DNA of 64,000 nucleotides from NCBI RefSeq assembly GCF_054482525.1, contig NZ_CM137006.1; one strand, 5' to 3'. Shown piece by piece: positions 22,782 to 33,604 of this stretch (position 1 is its first letter; each line of letters starts with the position of its first letter). The notes under the pieces were generated by a model. It saw only the letters and a program-made list of their open reading frames with translations, ran no database searches and was not told where the DNA came from. The position numbers and the translations under genes were made by a program.

Positions 22782-24836
22782 TTACGGTTTTCTCGCCACC
22801 GGCACATCCAGATTTTTCAGTATTTCGACAAATGGAGAGGGATTCTCTTTGTTAAACAGTGCCCATACCCGATGGCGTGCCCGGGTCAGCGCCACGTACA
22901 TTAACCGCCGTTCTTCAGCGTCCGGGAAATCCTCAACCGGTGGCAGTAGCGCCTCTTCCATAATCGACTCCCGCGCCGCAGCCGGAAAACCATCACTCCC
23001 CTCCTGCAAGCCAACGATGATGACGTAATCCGCCTGTTGCCCTTTGCTGGCATGAATGGTCATAAAGTCGATTTGCAACTTCGGCCAGCGTGTTGCCGCT
23101 TTTTCCAGGCTGGCAGGCCTCATGTGATGGTAACGCGCCAGGATCAGAATGCGCTCTTCCGGTTTGGCATAACCAGAGAGCTTATCCAGCAAAGCGTCAA
23201 GATGGCTCTCATCCAATAACGTGACGGCTTTTTTGTCTCCATTGGTTAAGCTGTTTAGCGGCTTTTTCAGCTGGCCTGGGTTCTGCTGAATAAACCGGTT
23301 TGCCACCTCACCGATACGACTGTTAAAACGGTAAGTCGTGTCTAAATCGCAGCGATCACCTTCACCAAAGTTTTCATGGAAAGCGGTGGTGAGCGACATT
23401 TGCGCACCGCTGAAGCGATAAATCGCCTGCCAGTCATCACCAACGGCGAACAACGTCGTCTGACTGTTTTGCTTGCGTAATGCCGCTAACAACGCTGCGC
23501 GCTGCGGCGAGATATCCTGAAATTCATCAACCAGAATATGCTTCCACGGGCTGATAAAGCGACCTTTCTCCAGAATCACAATCGCCTGGTGAATAAGGCC
23601 CGAAAAATCGACAGCGTTTTCTGCCTTCAGCGCACCTTTCCAGGCTTTTAATAACGGGGCCATCAACTTGATACGTTTACTGAACAGATCGCGAATCTCT
23701 TCGGGTGCACTGGCAATCATTTCTGCCTGTGCGCCACCGTGCATCCGCATCAGACTTACCCAACGATCGAGGCGTGAGGCAAGACGACGCTGTAATTTTT
23801 CATCATCCCAGAAGTTACCTTCTGGCACTGACCACTGCATTTCTTCCGTCAGCCATTGCCGCCAGCCCTTCGCCTGCGCTTTCTTTTCGCTGCATTGCTT
23901 GCGCCACTCAGCAATAAAGAGTTCATGACGGGCAGCGGTATCATTTTCCAGTTTGCTGACTATCGGAACTTTTTTGCTGCCCTGCTGAATAATATGCAGC
24001 GCCAGCGCATGAAACGTGCGTGCGGTAATGTCTTCGGTATGTAGCCGTTCGCGAATACGCTCGTCCATCTCTTCAGCGGCTTTGCGACCAAACGCCAGCA
24101 ATAAAATTTGCTCAGGGGACGCTTCACCACGCACCAGCAACCAGCCTGCACGGGCCACCAGCACCGACGTTTTTCCGCTTCCTGCACCTGCCAGCACTAA
24201 CAGAGAATGCTCGCCATTAACGACTGCCCGGGCCTGCGCCGGATTCAGCGGTGAAGACTCGACCTGGCGGAAAAAATCCGCATACTCGGTAAGCATGGCT
24301 TCGGTATACGCCTGGTTATGCTGCAACCGAGCGCTTTCAATATCTTTCAACCAGGCCTGACATTTACGCCACGCCTCACGGCAGTTATCGAATTCTTCCA
24401 GTCGGTTAACCGGCAACGGCAACGCCGACAAAGCCTGGCGGATTTGTTGCTGAACGCCAGAGGTTTGCTCACGCGTCAGCCATTTATTTTCTCCAGTGCG
24501 CGTGGCAATCAAATCCAGTTGCTGGCGTAAAACACCAGACGCAATTTCGCTCATCTCGCCACTCCACCGCCGCCAGTGAGCATCAAGATGATGGTAAAAA
24601 CGCTGCGTCTCGCCCCATTCGGTACCGTGCAGACGCACCACTTTTTCGCCCGGCAGTACAAATTCCAGCTCGCCCCATACCAGACCGCGCTTACAGTGAA
24701 TCGCCAGTAATTGATTGAAAGGAATAAGGTATTCGTGGCGATCGCCGGAGACTTTAATCCCGGCATTGAGGATCACCGCCCGATCGTAAGGGTGCTGTGC
24801 CAGACGTTTTCCAAGCGTTGTCGCTTTCAGTTCCAT
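22782..24836 (-). CDS. helD: HelD, DNA helicase IV (UvrD/Rep superfamily 1)
   Basis: 684-aa ORF with Walker A (GAGSGKTSVLVAR) and SF1 helicase motifs. Confidence 0.95.
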   Translation of the reverse strand: MELKATTLGKRLAQHPYDRAVILNAGIKVSGDRHEYLIPFNQLLAIHCKRGLVWGELEFVLPGEKVVRLHGTEWGETQRFYHHLDAHWRRWSGEMSEIASGVLRQQLDLIATRTGENKWLTREQTSGVQQQIRQALSALPLPVNRLEEFDNCREAWRKCQAWLKDIESARLQHNQAYTEAMLTEYADFFRQVESSPLNPAQARAVVNGEHSLLVLAGAGSGKTSVLVARAGWLLVRGEASPEQILLLAFGRKAAEEMDERIRERLHTEDITARTFHALALHIIQQGSKKVPIVSKLENDTAARHELFIAEWRKQCSEKKAQAKGWRQWLTEEMQWSVPEGNFWDDEKLQRRLASRLDRWVSLMRMHGGAQAEMIASAPEEIRDLFSKRIKLMAPLLKAWKGALKAENAVDFSGLIHQAIVILEKGRFISPWKHILVDEFQDISPQRAALLAALRKQNSQTTLFAVGDDWQAIYRFSGAQMSLTTAFHENFGEGDRCDLDTTYRFNSRIGEVANRFIQQNPGQLKKPLNSLTNGDKKAVTLLDESHLDALLDKLSGYAKPEERILILARYHHMRPASLEKAATRWPKLQIDFMTIHASKGQQADYVIIVGLQEGSDGFPAAARESIMEEALLPPVEDFPDAEERRLMYVALTRARHRVWALFNKENPSPFVEILKNLDVPVARKP

Positions 24837-24958
24837 GACTCTTTAGATCCACACGAAATGATTTCTTATCAGTGTAACCGTCAGAGAAAACGTGCTCCAG
24901 CCCAAAAAAACGTTACAATTGCCGCCCATTACTGAAAACCACAGTAAAGCGAGGTTTT

Positions 24959-25405
24959 ATGCGTACCGTTTTGAACATTCTGAACTTTGTGCTTGGCGGA
25001 TTTGCCACCACTCTGGGCTGGCTGTTGGCGACTCTGGTCAGTATTGTGCTGATTTTTACCTTACCGCTGACACGATCCTGCTGGGAGATCACTAAACTGT
25101 CTCTGGTGCCTTATGGCAATGAAGCTATTCATGTCGATGAACTGAACCCGGCTGGCAAAAATGTGCTGCTAAATACTGGCGGTACGGTATTGAATATTTT
25201 CTGGCTGATTTTCTTTGGCTGGTGGTTATGCCTGATGCACATTGCAACGGGCATCGCACAATGTATTTCCATCATTGGCATTCCTGTCGGCATTGCGAAC
25301 TTTAAAATTGCCGCTATTGCACTATGGCCGGTCGGTCGTCGCGTGGTATCGGTAGAAACAGCGCAAGCTGCGCGTGAAGCCAATGCACGTCGTCGTTTTG
25401 AATAA
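24959..25405 (+). CDS. yccF: YccF, small inner membrane protein (DUF307)
   Basis: 148-aa hydrophobic ORF MRTVLNILNFVLGGFATTLGWLLATLVSIVL... Confidence 0.9.
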   Translation: MRTVLNILNFVLGGFATTLGWLLATLVSIVLIFTLPLTRSCWEITKLSLVPYGNEAIHVDELNPAGKNVLLNTGGTVLNIFWLIFFGWWLCLMHIATGIAQCISIIGIPVGIANFKIAAIALWPVGRRVVSVETAQAAREANARRRFE

Positions 25406-25423
25406 TCCACTAATATGGCCTTT

Positions 25424-27577
25424 ATGCTAAGTCCTTTGCTCAAACGCTATACCTGGAACAGCGCCTGGCTGTATTACGCGCGTATTTTTATTGCGCTTTG
25501 TGGAACCACAGCGTTTCCGTGGTGGCTGGGTGATGTAAAACTGACGATTCCGCTGACGCTGGGGATGGTGGCAGCGGCGCTGACCGATCTCGATGACCGG
25601 CTGGCGGGACGTTTGCGTAACCTCATCATTACGCTGTTCTGCTTTTTTATCGCCTCGGCCTCAGTAGAATTGCTGTTTCCCTGGCCCTGGCTATTTGCAA
25701 TTGGTTTAACGCTCTCTACCAGCGGCTTCATTTTGCTCGGCGGTCTGGGTCAACGCTATGCAACAATTGCCTTCGGTGCGTTACTGATCGCCATTTACAC
25801 TATGTTGGGGACGTCACTGTATGAGCACTGGTATCAGCAGCCGATGTATCTTCTGGCCGGTGCCGTCTGGTACAACGTCCTGACACTTATTGGTCATCTG
25901 CTGTTCCCGGTCCGCCCGCTGCAGGACAACCTGGCGCGTTGCTATGAACAACTGGCGCGTTATCTTGAGCTCAAGTCGCGCATGTTTGATCCTGATATTG
26001 AAGATGAAAGCCAGGCACCGCTGTACGATTTGGCTCTCGCCAACGGTCAGCTGATGGCGACATTGAATCAGACGAAACTCTCGCTGCTGACCCGCTTACG
26101 TGGCGATCGTGGTCAACGGGGAACGCGTCGCACGCTGCATTATTACTTTGTCGCACAGGATATTCACGAGCGTGCCAGCTCTTCTCATATTCAGTATCAA
26201 ACATTGCGTGAACATTTTCGCCACAGCGACGTGCTGTTCCGTTTTCAGCGGCTGATGTCGATGCAGGGCCAGGCGTGCCAGCAACTGTCACGCTGTATTT
26301 TGCTGCGTCAGCCTTATCAACATGATCCGCATTTTGAGCGCGCTTTTACGCATATTGATGCTGCGCTGGAGCGGATGCGCGATAACGGCGCGCCTGCCGA
26401 TTTACTCAAAACACTGGGTTTTTTGCTGAACAATTTACGCGCCATTGATGCCCAACTGGCAACAATTGAATCAGAACAGGCCCAGGCACTGCCCCATAAT
26501 AATGACGAAAATGAGCTCGCTGATGACAGCCCGCACGGATTGAGTGATATCTGGCTGCGTCTTAGCCGTCACTTCACGCCGGAATCCGCCCTCTTCCGTC
26601 ATGCGGTAAGAATGTCGCTGGTGTTGTGCTTCGGCTACGCCATCATTCAGATAACCGGAATGCATCACGGGTATTGGATCTTGCTGACAAGTTTGTTTGT
26701 CTGCCAGCCAAACTATAACGCCACTCGCCACCGCCTGAAGTTAAGGATTATTGGGACGCTGGTAGGTATCGCGATTGGCATTCCTGTGCTGTGGTTTGTG
26801 CCGTCACTGGAAGGGCAGCTGGTGCTACTGGTTATTACCGGCGTGCTCTTTTTTGCCTTCCGTAACGTGCAATATGCCCATGCAACGATGTTCATCACAC
26901 TTTTGGTGCTACTGTGTTTTAACTTGCTGGGTGAAGGTTTTGAAGTGGCGTTACCTCGCGTAATCGATACGCTGATTGGTTGTGCCATTGCGTGGGCGGC
27001 AGTGAGCTACATCTGGCCTGACTGGAAGTTTCGCAATCTGCCGCGAATGCTCGAACGCGCCACAGAGGCCAACTGCCGGTATCTCGATGCCATACTGGAG
27101 CAATACCATCAGGGGCGTGATAACCGTCTGGCGTATCGTATTGCCCGCCGCGATGCACACAACCGTGATGCTGAACTGGCGTCGGTGGTATCAAATATGT
27201 CCAGCGAGCCGAACGTTACCCCGCAAATTCGCGAGGCCGCGTTTCGGTTGCTGTGCCTTAACCATACGTTTACCAGCTATATCTCAGCCCTCGGTGCTCA
27301 CCGGGAGCAGTTAACTAATCCTGAAATTCTGGCGTTTCTTGATGACGCAGTTTGCTATGTTGATGACGCGCTACATCATCAACCTGCTGATGAAGAACGC
27401 GTCAATCAGGCATTAGCTGGCCTGAAACAGCGAATGCAGCAACTTGAACCGCGGGCAGACAGCAAAGAACCTCTGGTCGTACAACAAGTCGGGTTATTGA
27501 TTGCATTACTGCCAGAGATTGGTCGTCTGCAACGCCAGATTACTCAAGTTCCGCAGGAAACTCCTGTTTCGGCGTAA
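25424..27577 (+). CDS. yccS: YccS, large inner membrane protein (FUSC/aromatic-acid-exporter-like family)
   Basis: Track ORF 25415-27577; I place the start at the second ATG (MLSPLLKRYTWNSAWLYYARIF..., 717 aa) based on recalled protein length. Start choice is uncertain by 3 codons. Confidence 0.85.
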   Translation: MLSPLLKRYTWNSAWLYYARIFIALCGTTAFPWWLGDVKLTIPLTLGMVAAALTDLDDRLAGRLRNLIITLFCFFIASASVELLFPWPWLFAIGLTLSTSGFILLGGLGQRYATIAFGALLIAIYTMLGTSLYEHWYQQPMYLLAGAVWYNVLTLIGHLLFPVRPLQDNLARCYEQLARYLELKSRMFDPDIEDESQAPLYDLALANGQLMATLNQTKLSLLTRLRGDRGQRGTRRTLHYYFVAQDIHERASSSHIQYQTLREHFRHSDVLFRFQRLMSMQGQACQQLSRCILLRQPYQHDPHFERAFTHIDAALERMRDNGAPADLLKTLGFLLNNLRAIDAQLATIESEQAQALPHNNDENELADDSPHGLSDIWLRLSRHFTPESALFRHAVRMSLVLCFGYAIIQITGMHHGYWILLTSLFVCQPNYNATRHRLKLRIIGTLVGIAIGIPVLWFVPSLEGQLVLLVITGVLFFAFRNVQYAHATMFITLLVLLCFNLLGEGFEVALPRVIDTLIGCAIAWAAVSYIWPDWKFRNLPRMLERATEANCRYLDAILEQYHQGRDNRLAYRIARRDAHNRDAELASVVSNMSSEPNVTPQIREAAFRLLCLNHTFTSYISALGAHREQLTNPEILAFLDDAVCYVDDALHHQPADEERVNQALAGLKQRMQQLEPRADSKEPLVVQQVGLLIALLPEIGRLQRQITQVPQETPVSA

Positions 27578-28169
27578 GAGAGTCAGCCCATTCTGCAAGC
27601 TCCTGGCGGCGTGCCACCGGGAGCGCAGCTTCATGAATGCCGATAATGGCCCCTTCAAGCATAAACAGAATCTTTTCTGTCACCAGACTGTTTTGCTGCC
27701 GCAGTCGCAACCAACACATTTTTGCCCCAAGTATACGTAACGCCCGTACATCCTTAATCCCCACCTCCCCGAGAATCGCTTCCAGATGAAAAGACATATT
27801 GGGCAAATCTTTCAGTCTTTCCCGGGTATTGCGCGTGCTTTTCTCTTTCAGCGCTGCATCGAGAGAATATTTCGACAGACGCACCAGCTTCAGTTGATTT
27901 CGCCATAGACTTTCATCAACCCGATAGTAATTGAGGGTAACGGATCGGCCACACTTTTTATATGTCAGCCAGACAGGCGGATGTTTTACACAGTACTGTG
28001 CACTTTGCTCACAAGCCCGAAGATACAACTCACCATCAGAAACCATCGCAAACACCGTGTCGTCAACGGTCAGGCTGTAACTACCAAACAATGATCGGTA
28101 TTCAATTGTGCCCAACGTTGCCAGGTATTCTTGTGATTTATAGATCCGCTTATAGGAGAGGCTTTTCAT
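27540..28169 (-). CDS. sxy: Sxy (TfoX), competence regulator / CRP co-activator
   Basis: 209-aa ORF MKSLSYKRIYKSQEYLATLGTIEYRSLFGSYSLTVDDTVFAMVSDGELYLRA...; 3' end overlaps yccS convergently. Confidence 0.93.
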   Translation of the reverse strand: MKSLSYKRIYKSQEYLATLGTIEYRSLFGSYSLTVDDTVFAMVSDGELYLRACEQSAQYCVKHPPVWLTYKKCGRSVTLNYYRVDESLWRNQLKLVRLSKYSLDAALKEKSTRNTRERLKDLPNMSFHLEAILGEVGIKDVRALRILGAKMCWLRLRQQNSLVTEKILFMLEGAIIGIHEAALPVARRQELAEWADSLTPKQEFPAELE

Positions 28170-28345
28170 AAAATTCCTTTTAAAATCATAACATAAAAGA
28201 ATGATTCACATTAACGGATCCGTTAACTACGAAAATAGGCAACTTATTCTTAAGGGGCAAGATTAATTTATGTTTTCCCGTCACTAACGACAAAATTTGC
28301 GAGGCTCTTTCCGAAAATAGGGTTGATCTTTGTCGTCACCGGATG

Positions 28346-28365
28346 TACTGTACATCCATACAGTA
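28346..28365. promoter_or_regulatory. LexA box (SOS operator) in the sulA promoter
   Basis: TACTGTACATCCATACAGTA matches CTGT-N8-ACAG and is the well-known strong sulA operator; about 25 bp upstream of the sulA ATG. Confidence 0.85.
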
Positions 28366-28387
28366 ACTCACAGGGGCTGGATTGATT

Positions 28388-28897
28388 ATGTACACTTCAG
28401 GCTATGCACATCGTTCTTCGTCGTTCTCATCTGCAGCAAGTAAAATTGCGCGTGTCTCTACGGAAAACACTACAGCCGGGCTTATCAGTGAAGTTGTCTA
28501 TCGCGAAGATCAGCCCATGATGACGCAACTTCTACTGTTGCCATTGTTACAGCAACTCGGTCAGCAATCGCGCTGGCAACTCTGGTTAACACCGCAACAA
28601 AAACTGAGTCGGGAATGGGTTCAGGCATCTGGGCTACCCTTAACGAAAGTGATGCAGATTAGCCAGCTCTCCCCTTGCCACACCGTGGAGTCAATGGTTC
28701 GCGCTTTACGCACGGGCAATTACAGTGTGGTGATCGGTTGGTTGGCAGATGATTTGACTGAAGAAGAGCATGCTGAACTTGTTGATGCGGCAAATGAAGG
28801 TAACGCTATGGGGTTTATTATGCGTCCGGTAAGCGCATCCTCTCACGCAACGAGACAACTTTCCGGGCTAAAAATTCACTCTAATTTGTATCATTAA
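28388..28897 (+). CDS. sulA: SulA, SOS cell-division inhibitor (FtsZ binding)
   Basis: Track ORF 28382-28897; start at [42 protein letters not shown]... (169 aa). Confidence 0.95.
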
Positions 28898-28905
28898 GTA
28901 AATTT

Positions 28906-28928
28906 AGGATTAATCCTGGAACTTTTTT
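28906..28928 (+). terminator. Probable sulA terminator
   Basis: Self-complementary AGGATTAATCCT followed by GGAACTTTTTTT. Confidence 0.5.
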
Positions 28929-29253
28929 TGTCGCCCAGCCAATGCTTTCAGTCGTGACTAATTTTCCTTGCGGAGGCTTGTCTGAAGCGGTTTCCGCGAT
29001 TTTCTTCTGTAAATTGTCGCTGACAAAAAAGATTAAACGTACCTTATACAAGACTTTTTTTTCATATGCCTGACGGAGTTCACACTTGTAAGTTTTCAAC
29101 TACGTTGTAGACTTTACATCGCCAGGGGTGCTCGGCATAAGCCGAAGATATCGGTAGAGTTAATATTGAGCAGATCCCCCGGTGAAGGATTTAACCGTGT
29201 TATCTCGTTGGAGATATTCATGGCGTATTTTGGATGATAACGAGGCGCAAAAA

Positions 29254-30306
29254 ATGAAAAAGACAGCTATCGCGATTGCAGTGGCACTGGCTGGTTTCGC
29301 TACCGTAGCGCAGGCCGCTCCGAAAGATAACACCTGGTACACTGGTGCTAAACTGGGCTGGTCCCAGTACCATGACACTGGTTTTATTCCTAACAATGGT
29401 CCGACCCACGAAAACCAACTGGGTGCAGGTGCTTTTGGTGGTTACCAGGTTAACCCGTATGTTGGCTTTGAAATGGGTTACGACTGGTTAGGTCGTATGC
29501 CGTACAAAGGCGACAACATCAACGGCGCATACAAAGCTCAGGGCGTTCAGCTGACCGCTAAACTGGGTTACCCAATCACTGACGATCTGGACATCTACAC
29601 TCGTCTGGGTGGTATGGTATGGCGTGCAGACACCAAGGCTAACGTACCTGGTGGCGCATCTTTTAAAGACCACGACACCGGCGTTTCTCCGGTTTTCGCT
29701 GGCGGTGTTGAGTACGCGATCACTCCTGAAATCGCTACCCGTCTGGAATACCAGTGGACCAACAACATCGGTGACGCACACACCATCGGTACTCGTCCGG
29801 ACAACGGCATGCTGAGCCTGGGTGTTTCCTACCGTTTCGGTCAGGGCGAAGCAGCTCCAGTAGTTGCTCCGGCTCCAGCTCCGGCACCGGAAGTACAGAC
29901 CAAGCACTTCACTCTGAAGTCTGACGTTCTGTTCACCTTCAACAAAGCAACCCTGAAACCGGAAGGTCAGGCTGCTCTGGATCAGCTGTACAGCCAGCTG
30001 AGCAACCTGGATCCGAAAGACGGTTCCGTAGTTGTTCTGGGTTACACCGACCGCATCGGTTCTGACGCTTACAACCAGGGTCTGTCCGAGCGTCGTGCTC
30101 AGTCTGTTGTTGATTACCTGATCTCCAAAGGTATCCCGGCAGACAAAATCTCCGCACGTGGTATGGGCGAATCCAACCCGGTTACTGGCAACACCTGTGA
30201 CAACGTGAAACAGCGTGCTGCACTGATCGACTGCCTGGCTCCGGATCGTCGCGTAGAGATCGAAGTTAAAGGCATCAAAGACGTTGTAACTCAGCCGCAG
30301 GCTTAA
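29254..30306 (+). CDS. ompA: OmpA, outer membrane protein A (variant allele, 350 aa)
   Basis: Track ORF 29182-30306; start at [21 protein letters not shown]; 8-strand beta-barrel, Ala-Pro hinge ([14 protein letters not shown]) and OmpA-C peptidoglycan-binding domain. Loop sequences KGDNINGAY and [20 protein letters not shown] differ from the K-12 allele I recall. Confidence 0.95.
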   Translation: MKKTAIAIAVALAGFATVAQAAPKDNTWYTGAKLGWSQYHDTGFIPNNGPTHENQLGAGAFGGYQVNPYVGFEMGYDWLGRMPYKGDNINGAYKAQGVQLTAKLGYPITDDLDIYTRLGGMVWRADTKANVPGGASFKDHDTGVSPVFAGGVEYAITPEIATRLEYQWTNNIGDAHTIGTRPDNGMLSLGVSYRFGQGEAAPVVAPAPAPAPEVQTKHFTLKSDVLFTFNKATLKPEGQAALDQLYSQLSNLDPKDGSVVVLGYTDRIGSDAYNQGLSERRAQSVVDYLISKGIPADKISARGMGESNPVTGNTCDNVKQRAALIDCLAPDRRVEIEVKGIKDVVTQPQA

Positions 30307-30321
30307 GTTCTCGTCTGGTAA

Positions 30322-30350
30322 AAAACCCCGCTGCTGCGGGGTTTTTTTTC
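30322..30350 (+). terminator. Rho-independent terminator of ompA
   Basis: AAAACCCCGC-TGCT-GCGGGGTTTTTTTT. Confidence 0.8.
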
Positions 30351-30381
30351 GTCTTTAGAAAATTGAACTGACTTTCGTCAG

Positions 30382-30834
30382 TTATTCCTTACCCAGCAAT
30401 GCCTGCAGATCCTGCTTCAAAGAAGACATTTTATTCGCGTATTTCTCTTTGTTTTCCGCATCTTCAATCAGCTGAACAATCGTTTCAGAAAGCGTTTTAC
30501 CGCGACGCTGCGCAAGACCAGCCAGACGTTGCCAGACAATAAATTCCAGATCGATCGATTTTTTGCGCGTATGCTGGTGTTCCGCATTAAAATGGCGCTT
30601 CCGTCTGGCCCGAATGGTTTGCTTCATGCGATTGACCAGTTCCGGATTCATATGCTTGTCAATCCAGCCATTTACCAGCACGGGTTCATTTTCCAGCGAG
30701 AGCAACACATCGACGGCTTCCTGGGCGGCACTGGCTTCTATGTAACGGGTGATTAACTCCCCTTCGCGGTGCTTCTTCACCAGATACTTCCATTTCCAAC
30801 CGCTTTCAAGATTTTCAAGTTGTTGATATTTCAT
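30382..30834 (-). CDS. matP: MatP, Ter macrodomain organiser (binds matS)
   Basis: 150-aa [52 protein letters not shown]... Confidence 0.93.
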
Positions 30835-31019
30835 AGCGATCTCAATGTTACCGTGTAACTCTTTACAGAATATCAGCTTTTTGGGTCAGTGAAGAAAAGA
30901 ATCTCCATCCTGTGAGCTTTAACGCCCATGCCAGGAGTATTGTCGGTGCTTTCTACGTGTGCTGCAGTGCCGGTTACGGTATAATCGCGGCTTTGACAAC
31001 AGACTAAAAAACATCAACT

Positions 31020-32780
31020 TTGACCATTACGAAACTTGCATGGCGTGACCTGGTTCCTGATACCGATAGCTATCAGGAAATATTTGCTCAGCCACATTTG
31101 ATTGACGAAAACGATCCTTTATTCAGTGATACTCAACCGCGACTGCAATTTGCGCTGGAGCAGTTGCTGCATACGCGAGCATCCTCCTCTTTTATGCTGG
31201 CGAAGGCCCCGGAAGAGTCTGAGTATCTGAATCTTATTGCCGATGCCGCGCGTGCGCTACAAAGCGATGCAGGCCAACTGGTGGGCGGTCACTATGAGGT
31301 TTCCGGGCACACCATCCGCTTACGTAACGCAGTGAGTGCAGATGATAATTTTGCGACTTTAACGCAAGTTGTCGCTGCCGACTGGGTAGAAGCGGAACAA
31401 CTCTTTGGCTGCCTGCGCCAGTTTAATGGCGACATTACCCTGCAGCCAGGTCTGGTGCATCAGGCAAATGGCGGTATTCTCATCATCTCTTTGCGTACAC
31501 TGCTGGCGCAACCTCTGCTGTGGATGCGGCTGAAAAATATCGTTAACCGCGAGCGTTTTGACTGGGTTGCGTTTGATGAGTCGCGCCCTCTCCCCGTCTC
31601 TGTGCCTTCGATGCCATTGAAGCTGAAAGTCATTCTGGTAGGCGAACGCGAATCATTGGCTGATTTCCAGGAGATGGAACCAGAGCTTTCAGAGCAGGCT
31701 ATTTATAGCGAATTTGAAGATACTCTGCAGATTGTCGATGCGGAGTCAGTAAGCCAGTGGTGTCGCTGGGTAACATTGACCGCCAGACATAATCACTTAC
31801 CTGCACCGGGAGCGGATGCCTGGCCGGTACTTATCCGCGAAGCAGCCCGCTACACCGGTGAACAAGAAACACTTCCGCTTAGCCCGCAGTGGATCCTCCG
31901 CCAGTGTAAAGAGGTCGCCTCCCTGTGCGATGGCGACACCTTCTCCGGCGAGCAGCTAAACTTAATGCTACAGCAGCGTGAATGGCGCGAAGGTTTCCTC
32001 GCTGAACGCATGCAGGATGAGATTCTTCAGGAGCAAATCCTGATTGAAACCGAAGGCGAACGCATCGGGCAAATTAACGCCCTATCGGTCATTGAATTTC
32101 CGGGTCATCCACGCGCTTTTGGCGAACCTTCTCGCATTAGCTGCGTTGTGCATATTGGCGATGGTGAATTCACCGACATCGAACGCAAAGCGGAGCTTGG
32201 CGGCAATATCCATGCGAAAGGGATGATGATCATGCAGGCGTTCCTGATGTCGGAACTACAGCTTGAGCAACAGATCCCCTTCTCAGCATCGCTGACATTT
32301 GAGCAGTCATACAGTGAAGTGGATGGCGATAGTGCCTCGATGGCTGAACTCTGCGCCCTGATAAGCGCCCTCGCCGATGTGCCGGTGAATCAGAGTATCG
32401 CTATCACAGGTTCAGTCGATCAGTTCGGTCGCGCCCAGCCGGTCGGTGGTTTAAATGAGAAAATCGAAGGCTTCTTTGCTATTTGCCAGCAACGTGAGTT
32501 AACGGGGAAACAAGGTGTCATTATCCCCACAGCTAACGTTCGCCATTTAAGTCTTCACAGTGAGCTGGTGAAAGCGGTAGAAGAAGGTAAATTCACCATC
32601 TGGGCAGTAGACGATGTGACTGACGCACTGCCGTTATTATTAAATCTGGTGTGGGATGGCGAAGGCCAAACGACGCTGATGCAAACCATCCAGGAACGTA
32701 TCGCGCAAGCATCGCAACAGGAAGGACGTCACCGTTTTCCATGGCCATTACGTTGGCTGAACTGGTTTATTCCGAACTGA
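31020..32780 (+). CDS. ycbZ: YcbZ, Lon-protease-like protein (Lon C-terminal proteolytic domain; no obvious Walker A)
   Basis: 586-aa ORF starting at TTG 31020 ([22 protein letters not shown]...); C-terminal region resembles the Lon S16 peptidase domain. I found no GxxxxGK[ST] motif by eye. Confidence 0.88.
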
Positions 32781-32812
32781 TCGGACTTGTTCAGCGTACA
32801 CGTGTTAGCTAT
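32770..32812. promoter_or_regulatory. fabA promoter region with FadR and FabR operator sequences
   Basis: AACTGATCGGACTTGTT (FadR-like site) followed by the palindrome AGCGTACACGTGTTAGCT (FabR-like site), about 40-80 bp upstream of the fabA ATG. Site identities are recalled from the literature, not tested. Confidence 0.55.
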
Positions 32813-32848
32813 CCTGCGTGCTTCAATAAAATAAGGCTTACAGAGAAC

Positions 32849-33367
32849 ATGGTAGATAAACGCGAATCCTATACAAAAGAAGACCTTCTTGCCTCTGGTC
32901 GCGGTGAACTGTTTGGCGCTAAAGGCCCGCAATTGCCAGCACCGAACATGCTGATGATGGACCGTGTGGTCAAAATGACCGAAACGGGTGGTAACTTCGA
33001 CAAAGGGTATGTTGAAGCAGAACTGGATATCAATCCGGATCTGTGGTTCTTCGGATGCCACTTCATTGGCGATCCGGTTATGCCAGGATGCCTGGGCCTG
33101 GACGCAATGTGGCAGCTGGTAGGGTTCTACCTCGGCTGGCTGGGCGGCGAAGGTAAAGGCCGCGCGCTGGGCGTTGGCGAAGTGAAATTCACTGGTCAGG
33201 TACTGCCGACAGCGAAAAAAGTGACCTACCGTATTCACTTTAAACGCATTGTTAACCGTCGTCTGATTATGGGCCTGGCGGATGGCGAAGTGCTGGTTGA
33301 TGGTCGTTTGATCTATACCGCCAGCGACCTGAAAGTCGGTTTGTTCCAGGATACGTCTGCCTTCTGA
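32849..33367 (+). CDS. fabA: FabA, 3-hydroxydecanoyl-ACP dehydratase/isomerase
   Basis: Track ORF 32651-33367; start at [40 protein letters not shown]... (172 aa), active-site region [14 protein letters not shown]. Confidence 0.97.
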
Positions 33368-33395
33368 TTATAATCAGACAGAGTATCAAAAGGCG

Positions 33396-33425
33396 AAACC
33401 TCCGCAATGCGGAGGTTTCTTTTTA
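33396..33425. terminator. Bidirectional terminator between convergent fabA and rmf
   Basis: AAACCTCCGC-AATG-CGGAGGTTTC hairpin flanked by A/T runs. Confidence 0.7.
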
Positions 33426-33436
33426 AAGAGACAGAA

Positions 33437-33604
33437 TCAGGCCATTACTACCCTGTCCGCCATGGCTTCTCGCCAGCCTCCCAGCCATTGTGACCTTTGA
33501 TTCAGCGTCTGATAGGGACACATTTCTTTTGAGCGTCCGGCGATGCCGGCCTGATAACCACGTTGATGTGCCCGTTCCAGGCGATCTCGTTTTTGTCTCT
33601 TCAT
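33437..33604 (-). CDS. rmf: Ribosome modulation factor (55 aa)
   Basis: Hand translation of minus strand: MKRQKRDRLERAHQRGYQAGIAGRSKEMCPYQTLNQRSQWLGGWREAMADRVVMA*. Below track cutoff; hand-counted. Confidence 0.9.
   Translation of the reverse strand: MKRQKRDRLERAHQRGYQAGIAGRSKEMCPYQTLNQRSQWLGGWREAMADRVVMA

Noticed and set aside
32651-32848. Upstream extension of the fabA ORF into ycbZ
   Set aside because: Track ORF start lies inside the ycbZ coding region; the ATG at 32849 gives the canonical 172-aa FabA and sits downstream of the FadR/FabR operator sequences.
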